Positions 7,911-17,458 are shown, counted from the stretch's first letter. The stretch is DNA of 64,000 nt from Collinsella sp. (GCA_048521445.1 DBFZQW010000171.1:21776-85775), one strand, 5' to 3'. Translations and numbers: made by a program. Notes: generated by a model not told the origin, from the letters alone.

Positions 7911-8495
7911 TTATTTCTGGCGTACTGGCATAACAAGCATTTGAGTCGTACCACGCTCTCCGGTGCATTTGACCAAACTGGCCTGGTCTGGGCTAAACGT
8001 AAATACGGCCCTTTTTTCCTTTTTGTTTGCGATAAGGCGCACGGCCTTACATGTGCGCTCGATATAAGCAGCGTTGAAACAGGCAACGCCGGGCGTATCG
8101 TTATTGGCCTCGTTAATAAGGCGGTCGAGATTATCCGCGCCGGGATACGTGAACGTTTGCAGCACGAACACGTTAATAACGGCGTCGAAATGCGTGAGCT
8201 TTAGCGTTCCATCCTCGACAGCCAGATTGTAAAGCGCGTTAGCCTGGAGCTTTACAGATGCAAGGGCTTTAGCGTCGGCCGCGCTCAGCAAGGCCGTAAA
8301 CTGGCCGCCCTCGTCGTTTTTGCAGGTGTAGCGGAATGCCGTGAAACTATCCGTTGCGTACACGCTAACGCTATCAGCGGTAGCGTTAATCAGTACGCAT
8401 GTGAGCGGCAGGCGGTCGTTCTTGCCATAGGTAAACAGGGTCGCGGCCTTAATAGCGGCCTTGAGTTCGTCGTTGTAGTTGATGCTGTTAGCCAT
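7911..8495 (-). CDS. DNA polymerase III beta-clamp-like protein (about two domains, 194 aa)
   Basis: RLPLTCV...YATDSF, TYP...RLI, FNAAYI and C-terminal LVMPVR match DnaN domain II-III motifs; AGGAG SD. Confidence 0.65.
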   Translation of the reverse strand: MANSINYNDELKAAIKAATLFTYGKNDRLPLTCVLINATADSVSVYATDSFTAFRYTCKNDEGGQFTALLSAADAKALASVKLQANALYNLAVEDGTLKLTHFDAVINVFVLQTFTYPGADNLDRLINEANNDTPGVACFNAAYIERTCKAVRLIANKKEKRAVFTFSPDQASLVKCTGERGTTQMLVMPVRQK

Positions 8496-8536
8496 TTCGT
8501 TTCGTCTCCTTGATAGGCTTTGTCCGTTCATTCAAT

Positions 8537-8555
8537 CGGATATAGACTATATCCG
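8537..8555. promoter_or_regulatory. Operator-like palindrome CGGATATAG-A-CTATATCCG
   Basis: Perfect 9-bp inverted repeat with 1-nt centre upstream of the minus-strand island. Confidence 0.5.
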
Positions 8556-8764
8556 TTCGCATAGCCTGTTTTCGTTTTCGATCCTCCTTAGATATATAGG
8601 CTATGCCCGTTCATCGTTGTCGAGCCGTAAACCGTTGAGTTTGTGGCTTGCCGCTCGACACGTTTCACTATATCACCTGCAATAAGCAGGGTACCGGGCA
8701 GTTTTTCTGACCCCAGGCAACCCCGCTACTAAGCCCCCCGACCGCCGAAAAAAACAAAAAGGCC

Positions 8765-8793
8765 TTTACAGCCGAACGGGAATACCCTATATT
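8765..8793 (+). promoter_or_regulatory. Sigma70-type promoter for HTH/resolvase genes
   Basis: TTTACA-17 bp-TATATT. Confidence 0.7.
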
Positions 8794-8815
8794 ATCGGTA
8801 ACGGAAGGAGAACCC

Positions 8816-9046
8816 ATGAACTACTCGGATGCCTACAGGCAAATAATGAAATCGCGCGGCTACACCCAGAGGGAGCTTGCCGCCGTAATCGGCATAGCGC
8901 AGGGTTCGCTGTCCTGCTCGCTGAAAGACGGCAACCCGACGCTCTCGACGGCATCGAAGTACCTGGGACCGCTCGGATACAAGCTGGCGCTGGTGCCCGT
9001 GGGGTCGAGACTGCCGGACGGCTCTCACGTATTGGACTGTCAGTAG
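8816..9046 (+). CDS. Cro/XRE-family HTH protein
   Basis: RGYTQRELAAVIGIAQGSLS...NPTLST; AAGGAG SD. Confidence 0.85.
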   Translation: MNYSDAYRQIMKSRGYTQRELAAVIGIAQGSLSCSLKDGNPTLSTASKYLGPLGYKLALVPVGSRLPDGSHVLDCQ

Positions 9047-9129
9047 GGGAGAATGGCAGGCCGCGTGCTCGCGTTCACGGCCTGCCGCCACTTTTTTGCG
9101 CTGAGTGGCTGATACAAGGAGTATTTTAA

Positions 9130-9726
9130 ATGATTTACGGTTACGCCCGAGTGTCCACGAAAGGGCAGCTCAGGGACGGAAACTCGCTAGACGCCCAGCA
9201 TGATTCTCTGACCGAGGCGGGCTGCACCGAGATAGTGCAGGAGGCGTTCACTGGCACCACGACCGACCGACCGGAGTTCGATGCCCTGCTGGACAGGCTC
9301 AAAGACGGCGATACGCTGGTAGTGACCAAGCTCGACCGAATCGCGCGCACGGTGACGGGCGGCTGCGAGGTCGTGAGGTCGCTCCTCGACAGGGGAGTTA
9401 CTGTCCGCGTGCTCAATATGGGCACATTGGACAACACTCCGGTCGGCAAGATGATGGTCTCCGTCATGTTCGCAATGGCCGAGTTCGAGCGCGACATGAT
9501 CGCACAGCGCACGGCTGAGGGCAAGGCCGTCGCCAAGCAGAAACCGGGCTGGCGCGAGGGCAGGCCGCCTGCGGAGGTGGACATGGAGGAGTTCAAGCGT
9601 CACGTGGCGCTGGTGAAGGCCAAGAAGGAGAAGCGGCGCGACGCCTGCGCACAGCTCGGCATAGGCGTGAGCACCTACACGAAGATAAGGCGCCGACTGA
9701 TCGATTCAGGAGAGCTTGAAGGCTAG
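9130..9726 (+). CDS. Serine recombinase (resolvase/invertase family)
   Basis: [10 protein letters not shown] catalytic motif, [27 protein letters not shown]-terminal HTH. Confidence 0.95.
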   Translation: MIYGYARVSTKGQLRDGNSLDAQHDSLTEAGCTEIVQEAFTGTTTDRPEFDALLDRLKDGDTLVVTKLDRIARTVTGGCEVVRSLLDRGVTVRVLNMGTLDNTPVGKMMVSVMFAMAEFERDMIAQRTAEGKAVAKQKPGWREGRPPAEVDMEEFKRHVALVKAKKEKRRDACAQLGIGVSTYTKIRRRLIDSGELEG

Positions 9727-9730
9727 ACGC

Positions 9731-9768
9731 AAGCCCCGTGGGGATTTACCCTGCGGGGCTTTTTCTTT
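9731..9768 (+). terminator. Intrinsic terminator after resolvase
   Basis: AAGCCCCGTGGG...CCCTGCGGGGCTT followed by T tract. Confidence 0.85.
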
Positions 9769-9809
9769 GCCGCACGAGCGGAATCCGCGCCGCCGCGACC
9801 CTATGCGGC

Positions 9810-11462
9810 ATGGATGCACTCACCAGGAACATACTCAACTACATCTCCCTGAACCCGAGGGACATAGGCGCCTACCGCGACCTCGTGTCCATGCAGCGCC
9901 AGCGCAGGCATGACGGGACTGACGAGCACGACGCCCTGAAAGCGTCGCTCGACGCCGTGATTGCCGCCATGCGCGGCGGATGGGCAGACGTCGAGGGCAT
10001 ATCGGCCCTCATGGAGGCGCACCGCGACCTGCTGACGCTCGACGGCAAGTGGGACTTCGACTCGTTCGCGCAGGCGATGGAAATCGACCGAACCCCGGAC
10101 AGCAGGCTCTGGCTCCCTAGGCGAAAGCAGCTGTGGAGGCTCTATCAAGAGCTGCAGTGGTTCGAGACCGACCCGAACGCCGAGTTCCTGAGCGTTTCGA
10201 TGCCACCGCGTACGGGAAAATCGTCTAACTGCTCCATGGCTATGGTCTGGCACCTAGGGCGCGACCCGCTCCACTCCAACCTGATGACGGCGCACTCCGA
10301 TAAGCTGACCAAGCACTTCTACCAGCAGTGCCTGCAATTCGTGATCGACCCGGAGTACCGGTTCTCCGAGATTTTCCCCGACTCTCCGCTCGTATGGCAG
10401 TCATCCGAGGACGAGGCATTCTCGCTCAAGAAGCACGGCGCCTACCCGACATGCACCTGCCGATCGGTCGAGGGCACCCTGACGGGCGCCGTCGAGGTCG
10501 GCGAGGGCGGCTGGCTGTACGCGGACGACTTGGTCAAGGACCTTGAGGAGGCCATGTCCCCGCGCCGACTGCAGGGTAAGTGGGATGCCTACATCAACCA
10601 GTGCTACGACCGCCGAAAGACAGGCTCCAGGCAGCTCATGGTCGGCACGCGCTGGGACGTGAACGACCCAATCGGCCGCATGACCCGTCTCCACGAGGGC
10701 GAGAGCGGGTTCCACATCCTGACCATCCCCGCGCTCGACCCGATCTCAGGCGAGAGCAACTTCGACTACCTGTACGGCGTCGGGTTCGACCGCAAGTACT
10801 ACATCGACATGCAGCGCACCACCGACAGCGCGACCTATGCCGCCAAGTACGACGGCACGCCGTTCGTCCGCGAGGGACAGCTGTACAGCCCGGACTCGCT
10901 GGAGCGCTATCTGGAGCTGCCAGCAGGGGAGCCGGACCGCGTCATGGCGGTCGTCGACACCAAGGGCGCCGGAGAGGACTACTGCGCGATGCCGATCGCC
11001 GCGCAGTGGCGTGGCTCCGACAAGTGGTTCATCGTCGACTTCCTGTGCGACCACTCGGCCCCGAAAACCGTGAACCAGCGCCTGGTCAACTTCATCGACA
11101 AATACGGCGTGCAGCAGGCGCGCTTCGAGTCGAACGCGGCTGGCGGCAAGGTCGCCGAGGACGTCGCGGAGATGCTAAAGGAGAGGGGCGCGCTGTGCGC
11201 CGTCTCCAAGAAGTACACGGGGTCGAACAAGGAGACCCGAATCCTCGCAAGCTCCTCGTGGGTCATCGACAACTGCGTTTTCCGCGACACGACGCTCTAT
11301 GAGCCGGGTTCCGACTACTCGATCGCAATGGGTCAAATCACCTCGTACGTCCTCGACGGCAAGAACCAGCACGACGACGCGCCGGACGCGCTGTCGATGC
11401 TCGCGGACTTCCTGAGCAAGTCGCTTAGGGCCAAGGCGCGCGTCACCAAGAGGCCGTTCTAA
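9810..11462 (+). CDS. terL: Terminase large subunit
   Basis: SMPPRTGKS Walker A, ADDLVKD, GTRW, C-terminal HDDAPDA nuclease motif. Confidence 0.95.
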   Translation: MDALTRNILNYISLNPRDIGAYRDLVSMQRQRRHDGTDEHDALKASLDAVIAAMRGGWADVEGISALMEAHRDLLTLDGKWDFDSFAQAMEIDRTPDSRLWLPRRKQLWRLYQELQWFETDPNAEFLSVSMPPRTGKSSNCSMAMVWHLGRDPLHSNLMTAHSDKLTKHFYQQCLQFVIDPEYRFSEIFPDSPLVWQSSEDEAFSLKKHGAYPTCTCRSVEGTLTGAVEVGEGGWLYADDLVKDLEEAMSPRRLQGKWDAYINQCYDRRKTGSRQLMVGTRWDVNDPIGRMTRLHEGESGFHILTIPALDPISGESNFDYLYGVGFDRKYYIDMQRTTDSATYAAKYDGTPFVREGQLYSPDSLERYLELPAGEPDRVMAVVDTKGAGEDYCAMPIAAQWRGSDKWFIVDFLCDHSAPKTVNQRLVNFIDKYGVQQARFESNAAGGKVAEDVAEMLKERGALCAVSKKYTGSNKETRILASSSWVIDNCVFRDTTLYEPGSDYSIAMGQITSYVLDGKNQHDDAPDALSMLADFLSKSLRAKARVTKRPF

Positions 11463-11596
11463 TCCGGCACGAAGGTTTTCGGCGCCGAACCGAACATCTC
11501 CCAATAGGGGCGCAATCCCCATCGAATCGCTGCTGGCTGGCCGTTTTCACCTCCTTCCTTCCGGCCAGCCAGCATCGAGCGAGAAGCGGAGATAAG

Positions 11597-13192
11597 TTGG
11601 CCGAGAGCTATAGCGAGACTGAGAACAACCGAATCCAGAGCACCCTGCTCCACGGCAGGCGCCGTATCGTGTGCGGAGAGCAGAACATCACCGCCGCGAA
11701 CGTTCGCGAGGTGCTGGACCGCTCGACGATGGTCCACGGCTGCAATTCCTCCGACATCGACTACCTGTGGAGGTACTTCCTGGGATACCAGCCGGTCATC
11801 GACCGCAAGAAGGAAGTCCGTCCCGAAATCAAGAACATCGTCCTGGAGAACAGGGCGTACCAGATTGCCAAGGACCGCGCCGACTCGCTGGCCGGAGAGC
11901 CTATCGCCTACAGTGCGCACGGCTCCTCCAAGGACTGCGAGGACGTTGAGCAGGTGAACGACGAGCTGAGCCACAAGGTGCAGCAGCTCAACGACTTCTG
12001 CATCGCCGCCGACAAGCACGCCTGCGACATGGAGATCGTCCAGTGGATGTGCGTCTGCGGAGTCGGCTACAGGCTCGTGCTCCCGAACTCGGGAGACGGC
12101 AAGACCATCGACGACGAGCAGCCCTTCAAGGTCGCGTCGCTCGACCCGCGCAGGACGTTCGTGGTCTACACCAACGACGCGTTCCATGAGCCGCTTTACG
12201 CCGTCACCTACGTCAGGGATGACGTGACCAACGAACCCATCTACAGCGTCTACACCGACCGACTCGTATTCACGGTCGACAGCGACTCAGTGAAGACGGC
12301 CGCGAACCCGCTCGGCATGGTTCCGATCATCGAGTACGACGCCAACTCCGAGCGCATGGGCGTATTCGAGGCCGTCCTGAGCCTGCTGGACGCAATCAAC
12401 GAAATCGAGTCCAACCGAGTCGACGCCATCGCCCAGTTCGTGCAGGCGCTGCTCGTGCTCGAGAACGTCGAGTTCGAGGACGATGACGCCGAGACGGGCT
12501 TCAAGAAGCTCATGGAGATGGGGTGCCTGCAAATCCACTCCACGGACGAGAACAAGGCATCGGTGCAGATGCTGACCTCGGAACTCAACCAGGACCAGAC
12601 CCAGACGCTCGTTGACGCGCTCTACAAGACCGCTCTCTCCATCTGCGGCATGCCCTTCAACGTCGGCGGCTCCGGCTCCACTTCGGATACGGGCGCCGCC
12701 GTCACCATGCGCGACGGCTGGTCGAACAGCGAATCCCGCTGCAAGGAGACCGAGGTCCACTTCAAGCGCGGCGAGCGCCTGTTCCTGCAGGCCGTCGCAA
12801 CCATCCTGGACACCTCCGTCAACCTCGGACTCAGGCCGCGCGACGTCGACATCAAGTTCACGCGCCGCAACTACGAGGCAATCCAGTCCAAGGCGCAGGT
12901 GTTGTCGACCATCCTCGGCTGCGGAAAGGTTCACCCGCGACTCGCGTTCGAGTACTGCGGCATGTTCCCCGACCCCGAGACGGCATACGACCTCTCGAAG
13001 TCCTACGCGGACGAGCAGGCGCAGCGCCAGATGGAGCTGGCCCAGGCCAAATCGGTCAACCCCGGAGACGACTCCGGTGCAGATAGCAATGCCGGGAAAC
13101 CCGGCGAGTCCGCAGGCGGCAGCGTCAGCGCCGCAGGCAAGGGGACGCGACCCCCGTCAACAAAGCGTAGCCAAGGAAAGGAAAGCAACTAA
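11597..13192 (+). CDS. Portal protein (SPP1 gp6-like)
   Basis: Follows terL; NPLGMVPIIEY, FEAVLSLLDAIN and DIKFTR motifs. Confidence 0.9.
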   Translation: MAESYSETENNRIQSTLLHGRRRIVCGEQNITAANVREVLDRSTMVHGCNSSDIDYLWRYFLGYQPVIDRKKEVRPEIKNIVLENRAYQIAKDRADSLAGEPIAYSAHGSSKDCEDVEQVNDELSHKVQQLNDFCIAADKHACDMEIVQWMCVCGVGYRLVLPNSGDGKTIDDEQPFKVASLDPRRTFVVYTNDAFHEPLYAVTYVRDDVTNEPIYSVYTDRLVFTVDSDSVKTAANPLGMVPIIEYDANSERMGVFEAVLSLLDAINEIESNRVDAIAQFVQALLVLENVEFEDDDAETGFKKLMEMGCLQIHSTDENKASVQMLTSELNQDQTQTLVDALYKTALSICGMPFNVGGSGSTSDTGAAVTMRDGWSNSESRCKETEVHFKRGERLFLQAVATILDTSVNLGLRPRDVDIKFTRRNYEAIQSKAQVLSTILGCGKVHPRLAFEYCGMFPDPETAYDLSKSYADEQAQRQMELAQAKSVNPGDDSGADSNAGKPGESAGGSVSAAGKGTRPPSTKRSQGKESN

Positions 13193-13771
13193 ATGAATCG
13201 TGACCAGCTCAAGTCCCTGCTCGGCGAAGGTGCCTCCAAGGAGGTCATCGACGCGATCATGCGAGCCAACGGCGAGGACGTCAACGCCGGAAAGGCCGCA
13301 ATCGAAACGCTGAAAGCCCAGCTTGAGGAGGCAAACGGCAAGATTTCGTCCCTTGAGGACGAGGCCAACAAGAACCTCACGGCAGACGAGCAGTGGCAGA
13401 AGCAGCTCGACGCCGCGAACGCCACGGCGAAGCAGGCGCTCCGCGACCTCAACGAGGCCACCGCAGCGGCCGTTTTCGCTGGCGCGGGCATGTCCGAGGA
13501 CGAGTACAAGCCGTTCATCGGCTCCGTCATCGGCGGCACCCGCGACGAGACGACCGCAGCCGCAAAGGCGATCGCCGACGTCGTGGCCGCCAAGGCCAAG
13601 GCCGCAGCCGACGACGCCAAGAAGCAGGCGCTGGCCGGGATGCCGCAGCCGCAGGGCGGCGACGAGGGCAACGGCGCGATTACGACCAAGAAGCAGTTCA
13701 GGGCCATGAGCGACACCGAGCAGATTGCTTGGAAGCAGCAGAACCCCGACGCATGGAAGAACCTCTCTTAG
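13193..13771 (+). CDS. Capsid scaffolding protein
   Basis: MNRDQLKSLLG...IDAIMRANGEDV N-terminus, coiled coil, directly before the capsid gene. Confidence 0.85.
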   Translation: MNRDQLKSLLGEGASKEVIDAIMRANGEDVNAGKAAIETLKAQLEEANGKISSLEDEANKNLTADEQWQKQLDAANATAKQALRDLNEATAAAVFAGAGMSEDEYKPFIGSVIGGTRDETTAAAKAIADVVAAKAKAAADDAKKQALAGMPQPQGGDEGNGAITTKKQFRAMSDTEQIAWKQQNPDAWKNLS

Positions 13772-13782
13772 AAAGGCATTAA

Positions 13783-14820
13783 ATGGCTGGCAAACTCTAC
13801 ATGGCCGACAAGACCTTCCCGTTCGACGAGGACATTTTCTTCGCCGACTACCAGGACGAGCCTGACCTTGTCAAGAACGTCCTCGTGACCTCGGGCATCA
13901 TGGTCGACGACCCGCTTATCAAGTCCAAGGTCAACTCCGGTAACCAGTTCACCATCCCGTTCTACAACGCCCTCGACGAGGCCGACGAGCAGAACTACGA
14001 CGGCGTGACCGACATCACCCTGTCCACCATCGGAGCCAGCTCCCAGACCGGTTACGTCTACGGCCGCGCCCACGGCTGGTACGCCGACGACTTCCCGCAG
14101 GACTTCACCACCGCCAACCCCATGGCCGCCATCGCCGCCCGTGCCGCTAAGTGGCGCCAGACCAAGCGCAACAAGCGCCTCGCCGGAATCGCCGAGGCCG
14201 TTCTCGGCGCCAAGGGCATGACCGACCATACCGTCACCGTCAACCAGCTGACCGCCACCACGCTGTCCGACGCCGCCCAGAAGGTCTACGGCGACAACAA
14301 GTCCACCGTCAAGCTTGCCCTCATGCACTCCTCCGTGGCGCAGGCCTTCGAGGACATGGAGCGCGTGGACTACCTCAAGTACACCGACCCCAACGGCGTG
14401 ACCACCGACCTCAACGTCTACCAGGTCAACGGCCTTACCGTCCTCGTGACCGACGAGATGCCGCACACCGCCGCGACCTCCGGCGAGGGTGCCAAGGCCG
14501 CGACCTACACGACCTACCTGTTCGGCGAGGGCGCCTTCCGCTACGCCGACATCGGCGTCGCCCGCCCCGTGTTCAACGGCCGCGACGAGCTTAAGCGCGG
14601 CGGCACCAGCTACCTCGGCTACCGCCTGCGCGAGGCCATCCACCCCAACGGCTTCAACTTCACCGCCCCCAAGGAGACCGGCACTAGCAACCCGAACAAG
14701 GGCAACCCCGTCATCTCGCCGACCGACGCCCAGCTCGCCACCGCAGGCAACTGGACGCTGGCCTACACCGAGCACCGCGCCATCCCGTTCATGAAGCTCG
14801 TCACCCCGGGCGTCGCTTAG
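13783..14820 (+). CDS. Major capsid protein
   Basis: 345 aa, strongly biased codons, LMHSSVA and TYTTYLFGEGAF motifs, position in module. Confidence 0.9.
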   Translation: MAGKLYMADKTFPFDEDIFFADYQDEPDLVKNVLVTSGIMVDDPLIKSKVNSGNQFTIPFYNALDEADEQNYDGVTDITLSTIGASSQTGYVYGRAHGWYADDFPQDFTTANPMAAIAARAAKWRQTKRNKRLAGIAEAVLGAKGMTDHTVTVNQLTATTLSDAAQKVYGDNKSTVKLALMHSSVAQAFEDMERVDYLKYTDPNGVTTDLNVYQVNGLTVLVTDEMPHTAATSGEGAKAATYTTYLFGEGAFRYADIGVARPVFNGRDELKRGGTSYLGYRLREAIHPNGFNFTAPKETGTSNPNKGNPVISPTDAQLATAGNWTLAYTEHRAIPFMKLVTPGVA

Positions 14821-14823
14821 AAC

Positions 14824-15162
14824 ATGCTTAGCGACGAGGACAAGCTGAAACAGGTCTGTGCCCTCACGGGAGCCGGGCAGGAGGCAGACGGTGAGCTGGT
14901 AACGGCCTACCTGTCTGCCGCCCGCTCCCTGATTCTGGAGACGCGCAACCCGTTCGCCGACGACCCTGACTCGGTCGCATGGGAGCCTCGATACGACTCC
15001 CTGCAGTGCCTGATGGCCGCCGACATGTACAACTGGCGCGGGGCCGACAACGAGATTACGCACGTCGAGAACGGCATCACCAGGACCCGCTCGAACGCAG
15101 GCGTCTCCAAGCAGCTCCTGCAGCGCATCGTCCCGCGATGCAAGTCGAGGTCAGTCAAGTGA
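14824..15162 (+). CDS. Head-tail connector protein
   Basis: YNWRGADNEITHVENGITRT motif; position after capsid. Confidence 0.8.
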   Translation: MLSDEDKLKQVCALTGAGQEADGELVTAYLSAARSLILETRNPFADDPDSVAWEPRYDSLQCLMAADMYNWRGADNEITHVENGITRTRSNAGVSKQLLQRIVPRCKSRSVK

Positions 15163-15533
15163 GGTGCATGGAGCGCAACAGGCGCGCCATGTGGCTCTCG
15201 AAGCCCTCGCGCACCGAAATCATGGACGGCGAGTACGGCACGGGCGAGTACGTCAACGGCTGGTCCGACCCGGTCGAGGTCCGCGTGAACGCGTCCGCCC
15301 CCAGCGGCGACAGCTCCTCCAGCCCGTTCGGAACGCAGGTCGCCTACGACCTGCAGCTCGTGGCCGAGTCGAACCGCTGGGGCATCGACGAGGGCGACCG
15401 CATGTGGCTAGGGGAAAAGCCCGAGCTGCTGGCTGACGGCCAGCCCTCCATGTCCGGCGCGTACGAGGTCAAGCGCGTGTCCCCGTCGCTCAACTACTGC
15501 GCGTTCGGACTCACGAGGGTCGACGGCCGATGA
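15159..15533 (+). CDS. Head closure / head-tail joining protein
   Basis: Position; YEVKRVSPSLN motif; GTGA overlap. Confidence 0.7.
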   Translation: MRCMERNRRAMWLSKPSRTEIMDGEYGTGEYVNGWSDPVEVRVNASAPSGDSSSSPFGTQVAYDLQLVAESNRWGIDEGDRMWLGEKPELLADGQPSMSGAYEVKRVSPSLNYCAFGLTRVDGR

Positions 15534-16021
15534 ACCTCACGGCAGAGCTGTCGTACAGCTCGCTCGCGGCGCTGGAGAAGCGGCTTCGCGGGTACGCTGA
15601 CGGACTCGACGAGAAGTCGGGCCAGCTCGCCGAGGAGCTTGCCGAGACTGCCGTTTCCGCAGCTAAGGACAAGTGCCCCTCCTCAAGGGTGACTGAAACC
15701 ATCGGCTCCCGCAGGACTGCGGACGGCGCCGAGGCCTTCGCAAACGGACCGGTCCTGTCGCCCGCCGACGGCTCCTACGAGGTTCCCCTGAGCCACATCC
15801 TGGAGTTCGGTTCCGGCATCCGTGGAGACGCCGCGTACGGCTCCGAGAACGGCTACACGGTCAACCAGAGCGGCAGGGGAGAGTCCGGCTGGACCTACCC
15901 GAAGGACGACGGCTCTTTCGGCTTCACGCACGGCCACATCGCAAGCCGATTCATGGGCGCCGGTGTGGACGAGGCGCGTTCCGAGGTCGTCAATACCGCC
16001 AAGAGGATTTTCAAGTCATGA
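15530..16021 (+). CDS. Neck protein (HK97 gp10-like)
   Basis: ILEFGSG...FTHGHIASRFM motifs. Confidence 0.75.
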   Translation: MNLTAELSYSSLAALEKRLRGYADGLDEKSGQLAEELAETAVSAAKDKCPSSRVTETIGSRRTADGAEAFANGPVLSPADGSYEVPLSHILEFGSGIRGDAAYGSENGYTVNQSGRGESGWTYPKDDGSFGFTHGHIASRFMGAGVDEARSEVVNTAKRIFKS

Positions 16022-16413
16022 ACGACCACTCCACCCGAATCTTCAACTACGTGCGCCAAGAGGTGACCAAGAGGTACCCGAAATGCACCGTCACCTCCAG
16101 CGCGATCAACTCAAAGGACTCGAAACTGCCCGCACTCCTAGTTCAGTTCCGGTTCCCCGGAGAGGACGAGAGCACGCGCGACAGCTCCGGCGTGGAGCTG
16201 TGGACGCGCACGGCGGTAGACGCCCAGTCGTTTTCCGGCACGAGCGTTTTCGAGGCACGAAACATCCTAGTTGCAGCGGACGAGGCGCTGGCCCGTTGCG
16301 GTTTCCGCAGGTCGAATTGGACGGAAGTTGCCGATGCCGACCCCAGCGTTCGCCGTCTCGCTGCGACTTGGCGCGCAAAGCTCGACAAGTCGGGCACCGT
16401 TGCGCCTTGGTAA
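16018..16413 (+). CDS. Tail terminator / completion protein
   Basis: Position before major tail protein; size. Confidence 0.65.
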   Translation: MNDHSTRIFNYVRQEVTKRYPKCTVTSSAINSKDSKLPALLVQFRFPGEDESTRDSSGVELWTRTAVDAQSFSGTSVFEARNILVAADEALARCGFRRSNWTEVADADPSVRRLAATWRAKLDKSGTVAPW

Positions 16414-16429
16414 CTTGAAAGGAAAATAC

Positions 16430-16903
16430 ATGGCAGCATCCACCACCCCCACTGCAACCATCAACACCTATTTCTTCCACTTTAAGGGCCTGACCGCCGC
16501 CCCCACCTCGACCGACTTCGCCAAGGCCGAGAACGTCGTGAACATCAAGAGCTACAGCGACCTCGGCGGCGAGCCTAACAACCTCGACGCCACCACGCTC
16601 GCCGACGACACCCAGAAGAGCATCAAGGGCGTCAAGAAGCTGGAGGCCGTCAAGATGACCGCCAACTACACCAAGGGCGATTCCACCAAGCTCGCTGAGC
16701 TTGAGAAGCTTGGCGAGGGCGAGTGGTGGGCAATCGTCATGGGCGTCAACGCCGCTGGCAAGCCCGACGGCCACGACGGCATCTACTACTGGCAGGGCGG
16801 CCTGAGCTACTACGAGAACGGCGGCGAGGTCGACAAGGTCCGCGAGACCACCATCGTCGTCTCCACCGTCACCGCGCCCAAGCTCCTGCCGGACGCTGCC
16901 TAG
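16430..16903 (+). CDS. Major tail tube protein
   Basis: IKSYSDLGGEPNNLDATTL motif; GAAAGGA SD. Confidence 0.85.
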   Translation: MAASTTPTATINTYFFHFKGLTAAPTSTDFAKAENVVNIKSYSDLGGEPNNLDATTLADDTQKSIKGVKKLEAVKMTANYTKGDSTKLAELEKLGEGEWWAIVMGVNAAGKPDGHDGIYYWQGGLSYYENGGEVDKVRETTIVVSTVTAPKLLPDAA

Positions 16904-16949
16904 ACAGAACCGAACCGATAGGGATTGCAAACCGAAAGAAAGGTAAGAC

Positions 16950-17384
16950 ATGGACGAGAACACCGAGAACATCGAGGCAACCGAGAACGCCGAGGACATC
17001 AACATCGCCGCAAAGGCGCTTGAGGACATCAAGGGCCACGACAAGATCGTCATCGAGGACGAGGAGACCGGCACCGAGTACACCCTGTGCTACTCCCGCA
17101 AGATGGTCAAGGACATGGAGAAGAAGGGCATCACTTCGCAGTACGCCGCCGAAATGCTCTCTCACAGCACCCTGACCTCCCTTGAGAAGTTCATCAGCGA
17201 CTTCGTCATGCCCGCTTTCAAGAAGGAGCAGCCCAAGATTACCTTCAACGAGGTTCTTGGCATCTGGCAGGGTATCGAGGACAAGCAGTACATGATTGCG
17301 CTGCTCGTCGCGCTGTTCAACCAGCCGATGACCGCTCTTATCGAAAACCCTACCGAGTCCCGAATGAAGTTCCGTCTGGTCTAG
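16950..17384 (+). CDS. Tail assembly chaperone (G-like)
   Basis: Lies between tail tube and tape measure genes. Confidence 0.75.
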   Translation: MDENTENIEATENAEDINIAAKALEDIKGHDKIVIEDEETGTEYTLCYSRKMVKDMEKKGITSQYAAEMLSHSTLTSLEKFISDFVMPAFKKEQPKITFNEVLGIWQGIEDKQYMIALLVALFNQPMTALIENPTESRMKFRLV

Positions 17385-17458
17385 CCGGGGAAGATAAGAA
17401 ACCTTCCGATGGAGGGGAGCGCTATACGGGCGAGTGTCCTCTTGGACACGCGTTCGAC

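Noticed and set aside
6143..9726. Invertible segment flipped by the serine recombinase
   Set aside because: I could not find matching inverted recombination sites flanking the minus-strand genes or tail genes, so inversion is not claimed.
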